From assembly GCF_018977255.1 (NCBI RefSeq), contig NW_024704742.1, positions 98,458,001-98,522,000 on the forward strand: DNA of 64,000 nt, read 5' to 3'. Positions 63,301-64,000 of this stretch are shown here, in pieces. The notes under the pieces were generated by a model that saw only the letters and a program-made list of their open reading frames with translations, had not been told where the DNA came from and made no database searches. This stretch comes from Callorhinchus milii (Eukaryota). A program made the position numbers and the translations under genes. Every line of letters begins with the position of its first letter. Positions within the stretch are counted from its first letter, which is position 1.

Positions 63301-64000
63301 GATTCAGGAGTATAGCCCAGCATCCTGTTTGCCTGGTTTACTGCTGCCTCACACTGTTTTGACATAATGAGCATTGAGTCAACCATTAGATTTCTTTCAG
63401 CTTCCCTCTTCACCCCAGCTCAATCTGAGTTAGGCTATTCAATGAAAAATCCCGGAGAAGCACTTTTCGCAAATCACACAGGAAATCTCAACCCAACATA
63501 TAAATGACAGTATTAAGAATGCATGTCACGTAGTTAAATCTATCAGTCTGATTTATGCTTATAGTCATTTAAAAAAGAGCATTTGTGAATCACTAACCAA
63601 AACTAAAGTAAATTAAATGAGATAAATCGTTTGCTGTTTGGCAGTACAGCAACGTAGCAGTCATAGAATTTCTGAAAATGTTTTTCACTACCCATTACAC
63701 ATAGTAATAAGAATTTATGCTTAAAATCAATACATCATAAAAAGAACTGACAGTTCGCAATCAGAAGGAAAAACATATTTTTCTGTATTTCTACCACTGG
63801 AAGGAAATAAAATCCAATGAATGATGACATTATTTCCTGTTAACTATCCCATTGTTTAGTCCTGTTTCCTGTTAACTTGGCTCAGTTGGTATTACAGTTG
63901 CCTATGGGTTGCAAAATGGTAAATTCAAGGCCCATGATATGAGTTCACACTCTCAGTTGACACTCCAGGACACTTCAGAGGTGGCACCTTTCATATTGGA

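Overview
AT-rich eukaryotic genomic DNA with no recognisable host protein-coding gene, RNA gene or CRISPR array. It reads as a large intron or gene desert. The repeat set suggests (inference) a cartilaginous fish, possibly a chimaera/elephant-shark type genome: many L2-clade LINE fragments with (TTG)n tails, CR1-clade LINEs, and tRNA-headed Deu-type SINEs with L2-like tails. Nearly all longer ORFs in the track are LINE ORF2 remnants or their alternative frames. Highlights: (1) a defective Ginger2-type integrase DNA transposon with both TIRs and a TATA target-site duplication (TSD) at 49530-51591; (2) two TSD-flanked copies of a small element, one clearly palindromic, carrying decayed Penelope-type hammerhead-ribozyme motifs (34369-34631, 42379-42486); (3) a PIF/Harbinger transposase relic; (4) several nested or inverted retroelement arrangements; (5) a 31/32-bp minisatellite; (6) a possible isolated 220-bp minus-strand exon (59967-60186) next to a near-perfect palindrome; (7) several repeat-free, homeobox-motif-rich blocks that are candidate conserved non-coding enhancers. 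Boundaries of old repeats are approximate and all family names are by eye, without database searches.
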